Source: a virus
IMG/VR virus record: IMGVR_UViG_3300020056_002272
Coordinates: 20,662-84,661 of that record
DNA length: 64,000 nucleotides
Direction: 5' to 3' (one strand)
Each line of letters opens with the position of its first letter. Position 1 is the first letter of the stretch. A program made the translations under genes and the position numbers. Shown in pieces: positions 11,782 to 21,964 of this stretch. The notes under the pieces were generated by a model that did no database searches, was not told where the DNA came from, and saw nothing but the letters and a program-made list of their open reading frames with translations.

Positions 11782-12390
11782 ATGGAAAAAACAACAGATA
11801 TACAAGGAGTGCATGTTGAAGGACACATAAAAATACACAACCCCGAAACAGGGTTTGTATTTGTGGACAAACGCAATGCTATTCACTACGAAAATATGAG
11901 TATTGCTTTGGCCGAAAGTTTAGGCAATGCCGGTCAAGGATTTATATATGAAATGGCATTTGGTAATGGCGGAACAAGTGTAGACCCTACAGGTATTATT
12001 ACATACCTTACACCTAATAGCACAGGAACAAATGCAAGTCTTTATAACCAGACATATACAAAAGTAATTGATGATCGTAGTGTTAACAATGTGGATCCGA
12101 CAAGAAACAAAATAGAAACAAGACACCTAAGTGGAACTAATTATACTGATATTCTTGTAACATGTTTGTTAGATTATGGAGAACCCGACGGGCAAGATGC
12201 ATTTGATACTGCAAGTGATACTGAACAGCAATATGTTTTTGACGAATTAGGTCTTAAAAGTTACTCACCAACAGGCGAAGGCCGTTTAATAACACATGTT
12301 ATTTTTCATCCAGTGCAAAAATCGTTAAACAGATTGATTCAAATTGATTATACTGTGAGGGTTCAGAGTCTAAGCGGAGGTGTTAATTAA
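11782..12390 (+). CDS. Putative virion (baseplate/tail) structural protein
   Basis: ORF of about 202 aa (ATG11782; alternative GTG11767) with a C-terminal THVIFHPVQKSLNRLIQIDYTVR motif. Translationally coupled (TAATG) to the tail-fibre gene. Confidence 0.6.
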   Translation: MEKTTDIQGVHVEGHIKIHNPETGFVFVDKRNAIHYENMSIALAESLGNAGQGFIYEMAFGNGGTSVDPTGIITYLTPNSTGTNASLYNQTYTKVIDDRSVNNVDPTRNKIETRHLSGTNYTDILVTCLLDYGEPDGQDAFDTASDTEQQYVFDELGLKSYSPTGEGRLITHVIFHPVQKSLNRLIQIDYTVRVQSLSGGVN

Positions 12391-14447
12391 TGGCATACAA
12401 TGTTAGATTCAGCGACGAATTGAATAAGGGTGTAATTGTTGTTGAAGATTCAGAAATTAACACTGATACTAGTTTAGGACTAGTAGGTAGGCAAGTTGCT
12501 GATTACGGCGAAACCCTCAACATTAATTTCCTACACCTTTTAGAAAATTTTGCAAATTCTACCCCTCCAAGAAATCCTGTCGAAGGACAGTTATGGTATG
12601 ATACTAGAGAAGGTGTAGATCAATTAAAATTATATGACGGAACAGGCTGGGTAGCAGCAGGCGGTTTGAAAAAAAGCACCACAGAACCATCAAGCACAAA
12701 TAGTGTCAATGGCGATTTATGGGTGAATACATCGACAAGCCAATTGTATCTATACAGTGGCGGCTCCTGGATATTAATAGGACCTCAAAATACAAGTAAT
12801 ACAGGTATTATTGCAGCAACTATTGTAGATACACAAAACGCTGATCAATCAGTTTTACAAATACTTGTAGATAATGTTGTAATTGGTTTGATTGCAGATG
12901 ATAATTTTACTCCCAAAAGTCCTATAGCTGGATTTAACAAAGTTTGGGAAGATACATCTACAATAATTAGGAAAGGTATAAATTTAAGTAGAAGCATAGC
13001 CGGCGAGCAAGGAAGATTATCTGGCACAGCAGCATATGCTGAAAAACTTATATATGGTAACACCGAGATTCCTGCAGAAAATGTTCTACAAAGTAATATT
13101 GAAAATTTACTTACAAAAAAATTAAAGATACAAAATAATGGCGGTGTTGATATTGGCTCGCCAGCAAACATGCGTATTATTGTTGAAGGCACCGATAGTG
13201 TGATTCAACATTTAGGAAGCGGCACATTTGATATTAGAAATACTGATTATGCAACACCAGCGTTTAGGGTAAAGGCAGGTATTGCAGATAACAATATAGG
13301 TATAAACAATGCATCTCCTGATGCAACACTAGATATTATAGGTAATTTAAAAGTTTCTACAACAGCAGAAATTGGTGGCAATGTAAGTCTTAATGGAAAT
13401 TTATCAGTAACAAATGATATTACTGTAGGAGACAATGCAACTATTCAGGGAAATATAACTGGTTATAGTTTATTTCCGGATCAAACCAATAGTTATAACA
13501 TAGGATCTAACGGTCTTGTATATAATGGTGCGTATATAGAAACCATAAGAACAAACAACATTATTCCTTTAGATGCCGGAAATGTAATAACAGTTCAAGC
13601 AGAGCTACAAGGCAATGCAGATACAGCAACAAAACTTAAAACACCAGTGCAATTACAAATTGCCGGTGATATGGCAAGCAGTGTTGTGCAATTTGACGGT
13701 TCGGGCGTCCAATTAAAAACAATTACAACTAGTATATCGCCCGACGCTATCAATGCTCAAACATCAGGAGGAACAGCGTTATCCACTGATGAAGTATTAG
13801 CATTCAGATCTGGCACAGGTTTAGTAAAAATAACTCAAAATGATTTTATAGGCACTATACCGTTTTTTCCTTTAGGAACAATTCTACCTTATGCAGGAAC
13901 CACTGAACCATTAACTTTATGGAAATGGTGTAACGGACAAGCATTGCTATGGACAGAATTTAGAGATCTTGCAAATGCACTTGGCATGATAGAAGCAGAT
14001 TCAACTACATGGAAGTATGGCACTGATGCTAGTTTAGTAGGCAGTGGCTACTTTAGACTTCCTGATCTACGAGGAAGAAATGCTGTAGGAAATATGAGTA
14101 TGGCAGATGGAATTAATGTTTTACCTGCAGGCACAACAAATAGAATTTCAAATGCAAATATAGAAGGTTATGTAGCAGGCGATGAAACAAAAACAATTAC
14201 TGAAGCTAATTTACCTGATCATACACACGATTTGAACAGTCAAAATAGTGAGCAATTTTATGCCTTTACTGAAGCGGTTGCTGACGATACACCAACCGAA
14301 GTCTCGGCAGGAGGAGGCATTGATAACGCAACAGGATTCAAGTTAGACAATTCAGGAGGATTGTCAACAGTTACAAATGATCCAATGGATGTTATCAATC
14401 CGTATTTGACTACAAATTATATTATATATGTTGGAGAGGCAGCATGA
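12390..14447 (+). CDS. Tail fibre-like protein with C-terminal tail-collar domain
   Basis: N-terminal YGE.LN.NF.HLLENF..P.EGQLWYD module shared with the next two genes. The C-terminus (PLGTILPYAG/WCNGQ/FRLPDLRGR/NLPDHTH/NPYLTTNYIIY) matches the phage tail-collar signature. Confidence 0.8.
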   Translation: MAYNVRFSDELNKGVIVVEDSEINTDTSLGLVGRQVADYGETLNINFLHLLENFANSTPPRNPVEGQLWYDTREGVDQLKLYDGTGWVAAGGLKKSTTEPSSTNSVNGDLWVNTSTSQLYLYSGGSWILIGPQNTSNTGIIAATIVDTQNADQSVLQILVDNVVIGLIADDNFTPKSPIAGFNKVWEDTSTIIRKGINLSRSIAGEQGRLSGTAAYAEKLIYGNTEIPAENVLQSNIENLLTKKLKIQNNGGVDIGSPANMRIIVEGTDSVIQHLGSGTFDIRNTDYATPAFRVKAGIADNNIGINNASPDATLDIIGNLKVSTTAEIGGNVSLNGNLSVTNDITVGDNATIQGNITGYSLFPDQTNSYNIGSNGLVYNGAYIETIRTNNIIPLDAGNVITVQAELQGNADTATKLKTPVQLQIAGDMASSVVQFDGSGVQLKTITTSISPDAINAQTSGGTALSTDEVLAFRSGTGLVKITQNDFIGTIPFFPLGTILPYAGTTEPLTLWKWCNGQALLWTEFRDLANALGMIEADSTTWKYGTDASLVGSGYFRLPDLRGRNAVGNMSMADGINVLPAGTTNRISNANIEGYVAGDETKTITEANLPDHTHDLNSQNSEQFYAFTEAVADDTPTEVSAGGGIDNATGFKLDNSGGLSTVTNDPMDVINPYLTTNYIIYVGEAA

Positions 14448-16612
14448 GTTATAAACTAAATTTAACAGACGGATCTTTACTGCTAGAATTAATAGATGGT
14501 AAAATTGATAACACATCAACAGATTTAACATTTATAGGTAAGAATTATCAAGGCTTTGGCGAAGTATTAAATGAAAACTTTATTGCTCTGCTAGAAAATT
14601 TTAATAATACTGTTGCGCCTACAGCACCAATACAAGGGCAATTATGGTATGATAGGACAACAGGTAGATTAAAAATTTACGATGGCTCTGTTTTTAGAAA
14701 TACTGATAATACAGAGTATGCTAGTAGCCAGCCAACCGAAAAATTAGCAGGCGATCTCTGGATAAACAGTCAAACAGAGCAATTGTATTTTTATAATGGA
14801 TCTGAATATGTTTTAGTAGGACCAAAGTTTACAAAAGTAGAAGGTCAAAACGGATTATTTGCAGACACTGTTATTTCAAAAGAAGATGGTCAAAATAAGG
14901 TTATAAACAAATTATTTGTAAACGGTGCTCTTGTAGCTATTATTTCTAAGGATGAATTTACACCTATTCCAAGTATCACAGGATTTACAGGGTTATCAGT
15001 TGGGTATAACATAAGTCAACTTTATCCAAATTTTTATTGGAACGGCACAGCATCAACAGCTTTGAACATTCAGGATGCTGACGGAAATATATTTGATACT
15101 AATAGTTTTTTGAAAACTAGTCCTATAGGATTCAGTCAAACAACTGACGGATTATTACACATAAACAATGATAACGGATTGATTATAGGCACAGGACTAG
15201 AATTTAGACAAAGAGTAAATGCTTCTACGATTATACAAGAGCTTACAGGATTAAATTTAAATTACAAACTTGATTTCCGAGATGGCAATGGAGTTGTAAA
15301 CGGTATTTTCATTGATAATTCAGCAGATGATAAAAAATTAATGGGAATCTTTACAGATGGGCCACAGGACTTGTCTCCAACAACAGGCGATGCAAATGTT
15401 GTAGATATTGATGCAGATGTTAGAATACGAGGAGACTTAAGAATACAAGGTGATCAGCTTTACGTTGATACTACTGTGTTACGTGTAGAGGATTATCAGA
15501 TTGAGCTAGGAGTTAGCGAGGATAGCACTATTCAAGACGATTCTGCAATTGACGAAGCAGGTATTGTAGTAAAAAGTTCAGATGGCGATAAAGATTGGGT
15601 ATGGATTAACGCTAGCACAAGTTGGACATCAAGTGAGCACGTTGATTTAAAAACAGCAGATAAAGTTTATAAAATTGCCGGCACAGAAATACTCTCTCAA
15701 ACTGCACTAGGTGCAACAGTCACCAGCGCACCCGGAATAACACAATTAGGCACGTTAACAGAATTACAAGTTGATCAGCTTAATTTCAACGATGATACAA
15801 TTACAGCAAGTAATGATTTGAATATTAATGTGCCGGGTAATATTGTTATTAGCCCAGACAAAGTTATTACTGGAGTTTCTGCTCCTTCTCAAGATAATCA
15901 GGCAGCAAACAAGGCTTATGTAGATGATCAAATAGCAACACTACCAGTTTTACTTTCGGTTGACGTTACAGATTTAGGCGTGTCTTACGAAGTAGAATCC
16001 GTTGGAAGTTCAGATACTACATTGATAAACAATGTTGTTACCATGCTAGAACAAATGGCACCTCCAGGAGATTATTTGGAAGGAACAATAGCAAGAATAT
16101 TAGCAACACGTTATCAATATACTGCTTACTCGGTGGACCTAGTTGGAACAGTAGGAGCCACAAAAACTATGACAGCAGCTACTCAGGCTAATCCTGTTGT
16201 AGTAACAACCAGTGCTACACACGGATACAACGATGGAGATGAAATAATAATACTTAATGTTGTGGGCATGACAGCTTTGAATAATAATAGATATTACGTA
16301 AGAGTGGTTGATCCTACAAATATTGAACTATATTTAGATTCTACATTATCTACATCTTTAGACGGAACTGCTTTTGCAGCTTATGTTTCAGATGGTGAAA
16401 TAGCACCAGCAAGTCCGGTATTTGAAGTAACAACAGAACCGTTTGATGCAGGCGGAACACTTAACAAGAATGCAGTGACAAGTGCAGGACATATTGCTGA
16501 AACAGAAGTTGAAGTTACTCCAACGGTTAGTAGATTGCTTATATACTTTGAAGAAGAAGGTTCGCAATGGGTGCATAAACCATTACTATCACGGAACGAT
16601 ATACTTGCCTGA
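14444..16612 (+). CDS. Tail fibre/baseplate protein (paralog 2) with FCCH-like module
   Basis: Same N-terminal module (GKNYQGFGEVLNENFIALLENF..GQLWYD); AANKAYVD fibre motif; ATQANPVVVT..HGY..GD..I..VVGMT module. Confidence 0.75.
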   Translation: MSYKLNLTDGSLLLELIDGKIDNTSTDLTFIGKNYQGFGEVLNENFIALLENFNNTVAPTAPIQGQLWYDRTTGRLKIYDGSVFRNTDNTEYASSQPTEKLAGDLWINSQTEQLYFYNGSEYVLVGPKFTKVEGQNGLFADTVISKEDGQNKVINKLFVNGALVAIISKDEFTPIPSITGFTGLSVGYNISQLYPNFYWNGTASTALNIQDADGNIFDTNSFLKTSPIGFSQTTDGLLHINNDNGLIIGTGLEFRQRVNASTIIQELTGLNLNYKLDFRDGNGVVNGIFIDNSADDKKLMGIFTDGPQDLSPTTGDANVVDIDADVRIRGDLRIQGDQLYVDTTVLRVEDYQIELGVSEDSTIQDDSAIDEAGIVVKSSDGDKDWVWINASTSWTSSEHVDLKTADKVYKIAGTEILSQTALGATVTSAPGITQLGTLTELQVDQLNFNDDTITASNDLNINVPGNIVISPDKVITGVSAPSQDNQAANKAYVDDQIATLPVLLSVDVTDLGVSYEVESVGSSDTTLINNVVTMLEQMAPPGDYLEGTIARILATRYQYTAYSVDLVGTVGATKTMTAATQANPVVVTTSATHGYNDGDEIIILNVVGMTALNNNRYYVRVVDPTNIELYLDSTLSTSLDGTAFAAYVSDGEIAPASPVFEVTTEPFDAGGTLNKNAVTSAGHIAETEVEVTPTVSRLLIYFEEEGSQWVHKPLLSRNDILA

Positions 16613-16631
16613 TCGTATTATACATAAATGC

Positions 16632-16639
16632 GATAAATA
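16632..16639 (+). promoter_or_regulatory. T4-late-like promoter motif GATAAATA
   Basis: Intergenic, upstream of a GAGGAG RBS and ATG16662. Confidence 0.6.
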
Positions 16640-16661
16640 ACATAAAGCACGAGGAGCAGAT

Positions 16662-18197
16662 ATGGCATATATAATTAATAGGTTCGGCGGTGCTCAACTT
16701 ACCGCAGTTGAAGACGGCACTATTGATCAAACCACAGACCTTAAACTGGTAGGTAAAAACTACAGCGGTTATGGTGAAATACAAAACGAAAACTTTATTT
16801 TTCTATTAGAAAATTTTAGTGGATCTACACCCCCTACCAAAGCATTAGATGGACAGGTTTGGTATGATGCTGGCACTACAAAATTAAAGTTTTGGACAGG
16901 AACAGCATGGAAGAATGCTGGCGGTGCAGAAGTTGCTCCTACAGAACCGCCAGGGCTAGACGAAGGCGATTTATGGTGGAACACACAAACCAACCAATTA
17001 TACGGAAAAACTGAAGAAAATGAATTTGTTTTGATTGGTCCGCAAGCAGCTGGCGATGGAACTACACAACTAATTTCTGCACTTGTGCTTGATAATGCAG
17101 ATGTAAGCCATGCTTGTATTATAGCGGTTGTAAATGACGAACCTGTATATATTATTGCAGACGATCATTTTACACCTGCCGCAGACGGTTCTCAACCGGT
17201 TGATATTCAGCCTTATGCAATCTTGACAAACTTTCCTTATGTGTCAAAAGGTCTTACCCTTATAAAAACACCCGGAGATCAAGCAGCATTAGGAACTGGA
17301 AATGCTGGTATTACGCAAACAGATAGTGATGCTGAAGATACTTGGTTTTGGGGAACAGCAACCAACTCTAAATTATTTGACGGCCAGCCTATAGGCAATT
17401 TTGTTACTACAGGTGGACTATACTACGATTTTCCTATTGACAACGGAATAAGAATTGGAGACAATTTACCGTTAAGAATTTATATTGAAAATTCTAATAA
17501 AGGTGTAATAGAAAACACACAAGGCGACGAAATACGCTTCAAAGCTACAAGTGCTTCAACTAATGAAAGCATTGCTAAAATAATGCATAACGATACGAAT
17601 GGCAGCGGTTTCTTTCCAATGGCAGACGATACATATGCATTAGGATCAACAACATTAAAATGGAACAATGTTCATTCAACAACATTTACAGGACAAGCAA
17701 CCGCTGCTGATACAATAGCAGTGCCAGGGTTAGGCAATCGTGCCGCAACTACTCCGCAATCAACCACTGCTTATAGTGTTGTAGTAAGAGATGCAAATGG
17801 CGATGTTTGGGGACGCAAATTCCAAGGAACAGCAACCAGCGCACAATATGCCGACTTGGCTGAAAAATATACTACAGATAAAGAATATCCCGTTGGCACA
17901 GCAATGTGCGTTGGCGGCGATGCTGAAACTACAGCATGTGGTTCTAGCTGTTTAGCTATAGGTGTCATATCAGACGCTCCTGCATACTTAATGAACAGTG
18001 AATGTGACGGACAAGCAATTGGATTAAAAGGGCGTGTTCCTGTAAGAGTAAAAGGTGCAGTCCAAAAAGGCCAAGCAGTATATGCATGGCAAGATGGTAT
18101 ATGTAGCACAGTGGCAACTACGGCCTTAGTTGGAGTAGCACTAGAATCAAGCGATGAAGAATCTGAAAAATTAATCGAGTGTGTTTTAAAAGTGTAA
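16662..18197 (+). CDS. Tail fibre/spike protein (paralog 3) with C-terminal intramolecular-chaperone/peptidase G2-like domain
   Basis: Shared N-terminal module. C-terminal YADLAEKY...IGVISDAPAYLMNS...LKGRVPVRV..V.KG...VGVALE resembles autocleaving chaperone tails. Confidence 0.7.
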   Translation: MAYIINRFGGAQLTAVEDGTIDQTTDLKLVGKNYSGYGEIQNENFIFLLENFSGSTPPTKALDGQVWYDAGTTKLKFWTGTAWKNAGGAEVAPTEPPGLDEGDLWWNTQTNQLYGKTEENEFVLIGPQAAGDGTTQLISALVLDNADVSHACIIAVVNDEPVYIIADDHFTPAADGSQPVDIQPYAILTNFPYVSKGLTLIKTPGDQAALGTGNAGITQTDSDAEDTWFWGTATNSKLFDGQPIGNFVTTGGLYYDFPIDNGIRIGDNLPLRIYIENSNKGVIENTQGDEIRFKATSASTNESIAKIMHNDTNGSGFFPMADDTYALGSTTLKWNNVHSTTFTGQATAADTIAVPGLGNRAATTPQSTTAYSVVVRDANGDVWGRKFQGTATSAQYADLAEKYTTDKEYPVGTAMCVGGDAETTACGSSCLAIGVISDAPAYLMNSECDGQAIGLKGRVPVRVKGAVQKGQAVYAWQDGICSTVATTALVGVALESSDEESEKLIECVLKV

Positions 18198-18216
18198 ATA
18201 TAAAAAAGGATAAATC

Positions 18217-19644
18217 ATGGCAGTAGGCGATATAATTTCGGCAGCACGTTACAATGTCTTACAAGGAAGAATACAGGCTATAATGGCAACGCCATCGTCT
18301 AGTGGTGCGTTAGGTTATAACCAAGGAGTGTTTGGCACTTTTGCAAGTAGTCAAGTTGCTCAACAAGAAGTTGTAACAACTACACATATGAACAACCTAT
18401 ATACAGATGTTACTAATGCTCGATATCATCAAATAGGTAATGCGTTTGATCCTGGAGCAGCTGGACTATTCCAAGTCACAGATCAAGATCAAATCACAGA
18501 TGCACTGCATACTGCATATGAAACTGTTTTACTAGATGTAGAAGCAGACAAATATTTATTATCCACAACATTTGCAGAAACAAAAGTAGCAGGAGTGAAC
18601 AGTGTTAGGCCGGTATCAGAAGCATGGGGCGGTGCGGCAACTCCTCAAACAATTACGCACGAATTTACAGTAGACTTTCAAAATGCAAATCATAGAAAAG
18701 CATTTTTCAACGCTGGCGGAGAAATACGTTTAGATTTTTCCATGCAAGATTTGCCAGCAGGCGGAACAGCAAACTTTGCAAAAAGTCAAGATTGGAAAAA
18801 TTTATTAGAAGATATAGGTTTGGTAAAATTCAAATATAACCAAACTGTAAGTAGTGCCTACGAAGCAAATCCAGGAGACAGTCAAGCTGGGACAGGAAGC
18901 GCAATTGGAAACTATGAACTTACTGGCAGCTATCAAACTGTGTTTAACAAAACAGGCGGCGGCGCTCCTGTATATTCTAACAATTATATGAACATAAAGG
19001 CAAAAGAAAATAACAGCCAATCTATTAGTTTTAGAATTGATTTACAAGACGATGCAAACGTAGGGGCAGACGAAGTAGTAGAAGGCACAATAACAAGTGT
19101 TGTTATTCAGCACAGAGCTATAGGAGTTCATGTTGACGTGCCTACTGCTGCTTATACAAACAATCAAACTTTCGATCAAGCAACAGCGCCAATACCTACT
19201 ACTTCGGCAGCAACTTGTATTGGCGTATGTGATGAAAGTAGCAGTCAGACTGATGCTGGTATGGCAAGTAAGTGGACTAACTTTAGAAGTGCATGGCCAA
19301 ACAGACCTTTCTATTTGTTAGCACCAGGTGGTGCAAGTGTAGGCGATTTAAGAGTTCCTAGTGCCTTTACTAGTGATTCTATAGCAACAGGTCCTGTAAC
19401 AGTTAGTAGAGATAACGGTGATGCTGGTTCTGCAAGTGATTGGTTTGCAATTTGTGGATTAAACAGTTTATCTCCAGGATCTACAGTAGCATATAGTATT
19501 GATAACTCCGGAAGCATGAAAACTAGCACAGTGTCGGCAAGTATAGCACTCTTGCAAAGTTTATGTGCGCAAAATCAAATAAACTTAGTTGAAGTTGCAA
19601 TGCGCAGCGAGGATTGGATTTCTCCATTTGACAGAACCATATAA
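18217..19644 (+). CDS. Virion structural protein with C-terminal vWA/MIDAS-like extension
   Basis: The FFNAGG motif is shared with the next gene. The C-terminal domain contains IDNSGSM (DxSxS). AAGGA RBS. Confidence 0.6.
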   Translation: MAVGDIISAARYNVLQGRIQAIMATPSSSGALGYNQGVFGTFASSQVAQQEVVTTTHMNNLYTDVTNARYHQIGNAFDPGAAGLFQVTDQDQITDALHTAYETVLLDVEADKYLLSTTFAETKVAGVNSVRPVSEAWGGAATPQTITHEFTVDFQNANHRKAFFNAGGEIRLDFSMQDLPAGGTANFAKSQDWKNLLEDIGLVKFKYNQTVSSAYEANPGDSQAGTGSAIGNYELTGSYQTVFNKTGGGAPVYSNNYMNIKAKENNSQSISFRIDLQDDANVGADEVVEGTITSVVIQHRAIGVHVDVPTAAYTNNQTFDQATAPIPTTSAATCIGVCDESSSQTDAGMASKWTNFRSAWPNRPFYLLAPGGASVGDLRVPSAFTSDSIATGPVTVSRDNGDAGSASDWFAICGLNSLSPGSTVAYSIDNSGSMKTSTVSASIALLQSLCAQNQINLVEVAMRSEDWISPFDRTI

Positions 19645-19656
19645 CTTTGTTATAAT
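19628..19656 (+). promoter_or_regulatory. Sigma70-type promoter, perfect consensus with extended -10
   Basis: TTGACA(19628-33)-17 nt-TATAAT(19651-56), TG upstream of the -10, GAGGA RBS downstream. Confidence 0.8.
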
Positions 19657-19674
19657 ATACAGTGAGGAAATTTA

Positions 19675-20724
19675 ATGGCCCAAGGCGATCCAATTACAGC
19701 AATAGAACATAACAACCTTAGGGGCGTTATTCTACCTGTTGTAAATAAATATGGCAGAACTCCGACGAGTGCAGATGTTGTAGGCGGATCTACTCCTGGA
19801 GTAAGTGATACCGTTACCGAGCAACAATATATAGACCTATTTAAAGATGCTCAGGCATGCTATGTTCATCAAACTAATTCAGTTTCGACAGATGCTCTTA
19901 TTACTCAATTTGCTGAGGGCACACTTATTGAATATAGTGATATTACCGATTTGAATTTAATAGCATCAGATATAAGTGCCTTTAGTCCAAATGTATCGCA
20001 AGACTTTCCCACAGCAAGTTTTTCGCAAGCAACACTGTTAACAAATTTAGGTGTATCTACTGCTAGCACAAGAGATGGGTCTACTAACCCCTGGAGCACT
20101 AGAATACGACATCGTGTAACAGTAAATTTTGCATCATCAACTGCTTTTAATGCTTTTTTTAATGCAGGCGGTATGTTAAAATGGAGCGGAAGTCTTACAG
20201 GTGGCACTAGTGGAACTGTAACTTCAAAAGATGGCGATTGGGCAAGAATTTTAAATCTAGCAGGAGAAATACAAATAGGTGCTGATTTTACATCATCGCC
20301 TTTAACTTTTAGAACAATTAGTGCAAATAGCAATGGAACAGGTAGTAATGTTGCAATTACAAGCCTTAGCACAAACACAGCACAAGATGCCGGAACACTT
20401 ATCTATACTATATCTGGTGGATATGTAAGTGGCGGCGGCCAGAATATTTACGTGAACAATGAATTTGAAATAGGATTAGCAGTTAATAATGCTTCAAATC
20501 CAACTGCATTAACAATAGAAGCAAGATTCAACGACGACGATACAGGAACCGGATTCCAAATTGAACCTGGTGAAGCAGGCGCACCAGTTGATGAAAGTGT
20601 CACTGGATTATTAACCAGCACTTTTTATACATTTACGCCAGACAGTGAATTTACTATTAGTGCAACCACTTATCCTGCTATCCAGCAAACAGCTCCTGTA
20701 GGAACTGTAAACAGTAATCTTTAA
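19675..20724 (+). CDS. Virion structural protein (paralog of 18217 N-terminal part)
   Basis: MAQGDPITA start, FFNAGG and W..IL...G.I motifs match the 18217 gene; Ser/Thr/Gly-rich. Confidence 0.6.
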   Translation: MAQGDPITAIEHNNLRGVILPVVNKYGRTPTSADVVGGSTPGVSDTVTEQQYIDLFKDAQACYVHQTNSVSTDALITQFAEGTLIEYSDITDLNLIASDISAFSPNVSQDFPTASFSQATLLTNLGVSTASTRDGSTNPWSTRIRHRVTVNFASSTAFNAFFNAGGMLKWSGSLTGGTSGTVTSKDGDWARILNLAGEIQIGADFTSSPLTFRTISANSNGTGSNVAITSLSTNTAQDAGTLIYTISGGYVSGGGQNIYVNNEFEIGLAVNNASNPTALTIEARFNDDDTGTGFQIEPGEAGAPVDESVTGLLTSTFYTFTPDSEFTISATTYPAIQQTAPVGTVNSNL

Positions 20725-20735
20725 TCAGAACACTG

Positions 20736-20764
20736 TTGACAAAACAAATTTCTAAATATATAAT
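20736..20764 (+). promoter_or_regulatory. Sigma70-type promoter, perfect consensus
   Basis: TTGACA(20736-41)-17 nt-TATAAT(20759-64), followed by GGAGG and ATG20790. Confidence 0.85.
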
Positions 20765-20789
20765 ACTAGTATAATTCTCTGGAGGTTTT

Positions 20790-21137
20790 ATGGACGAGCG
20801 GCTAGAAAAAGCATTAGATATTAGTAACTATATGGTTACACTAAACAATCAAAAACGTTTGTTAAGCGAACAATACCATGAAAACTTAATCTATTATTAT
20901 AACGGCGGGCAATTTTCTGTTTCGCAGCAATTGATTAGTTTTTGTCAAACACTTGTAAATTTAGAACAAGATCAAACTGTGCTAATTGACGACAACGGAA
21001 TTCCTATTGAAATAGAAAGTTTAAAACCGTTTGTTGAAAATTTAGTTACAACTTACTTTGAAGCAGCAAATAGATATTTGTTAGAATATACCAAATTAAA
21101 AAATCAAAGATCAGTCGAGAGTATTATGGATCTATGA
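20790..21137 (+). CDS. Hypothetical protein (first gene of the modification island)
   Basis: 115-aa ORF with GGAGG RBS and an ATGA overlap with the next gene. Confidence 0.8.
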   Translation: MDERLEKALDISNYMVTLNNQKRLLSEQYHENLIYYYNGGQFSVSQQLISFCQTLVNLEQDQTVLIDDNGIPIEIESLKPFVENLVTTYFEAANRYLLEYTKLKNQRSVESIMDL

Positions 21138-21964
21138 GCAAAGGCGTATTACTGTTTGCATTCAATAATGATAGTCTAAATTATTTAAATCAAGCTAGGC
21201 ATGCTGCAGAGCGTATTAGCAAATTTATGGATTTGCCAACCAGTATTGTAACCGATGAAAAAGTAAACATAGAACAATATCCTCATTTTGACAAAATTAT
21301 TGAAGTAAAAAATGCAGCTATAAACAATACAAGAAAATATAATGATGGATCGTTATATAGTAAATCTTTAAATTTTCGTAATTTTGGTAGAGAGCATAGT
21401 TACCGTTTGTCTCCATATAAAGAAACTATTGTTATGGATACAGATTTTGTAATTTGCAATAACAAACTTAATAATTGTTTTTTGCAGCAAAATGATTTTT
21501 TACTTTACAAAAATTCTAGTCATGTTGGACATAGAAAAAATATTTACGAATTTGAACATATTAGCGATACTAGCATTGATTTTTATTGGGCAACTGTTTT
21601 TTTCTTTAGAAAAACAAAGCTGAATGAGATATTTTTTAATTTAGTTAGCCATATAAGAGAAAATTACATACACTACAGAAATGTATATCAATTTAAAAAC
21701 ACCATGTATAGAAATGATTTTGCATTTAGTATAGCTATTCATATCATGAACGGATTTCAAAAAGGAAATTTCGCAGCAGAACTTCCCGGAAAAAACTTTT
21801 TCAGTTTAGACAAAGACATTCTTACACGTATTACAAATGATATAGTGTATATGTTAGTAGAAAAAGAAAACAGCTTAGGCGAGTATACACCAGTAAAACT
21901 TAGTGGAAGTAATATACATATTATGAACAAATTTAGCTTGGAGCGTGTAATTAATGGCAACTAA
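21134..21964 (+). CDS. GT-A fold glycosyltransferase-like protein (GT8-like)
   Basis: SPYKETIVMDTD DxD motif, YWATVFFF and RNDFAFSIA motifs. Confidence 0.6.
   Translation: MSKGVLLFAFNNDSLNYLNQARHAAERISKFMDLPTSIVTDEKVNIEQYPHFDKIIEVKNAAINNTRKYNDGSLYSKSLNFRNFGREHSYRLSPYKETIVMDTDFVICNNKLNNCFLQQNDFLLYKNSSHVGHRKNIYEFEHISDTSIDFYWATVFFFRKTKLNEIFFNLVSHIRENYIHYRNVYQFKNTMYRNDFAFSIAIHIMNGFQKGNFAAELPGKNFFSLDKDILTRITNDIVYMLVEKENSLGEYTPVKLSGSNIHIMNKFSLERVINGN

Noticed and set aside
10270-16400. Ubiquitin-activation or microcystin-related function implied by domain names (E1_FCCH, MdpB)
   Set aside because: These names are annotation artefacts for structural modules common in phage tail proteins. No E1/E2 catalytic domains are present.
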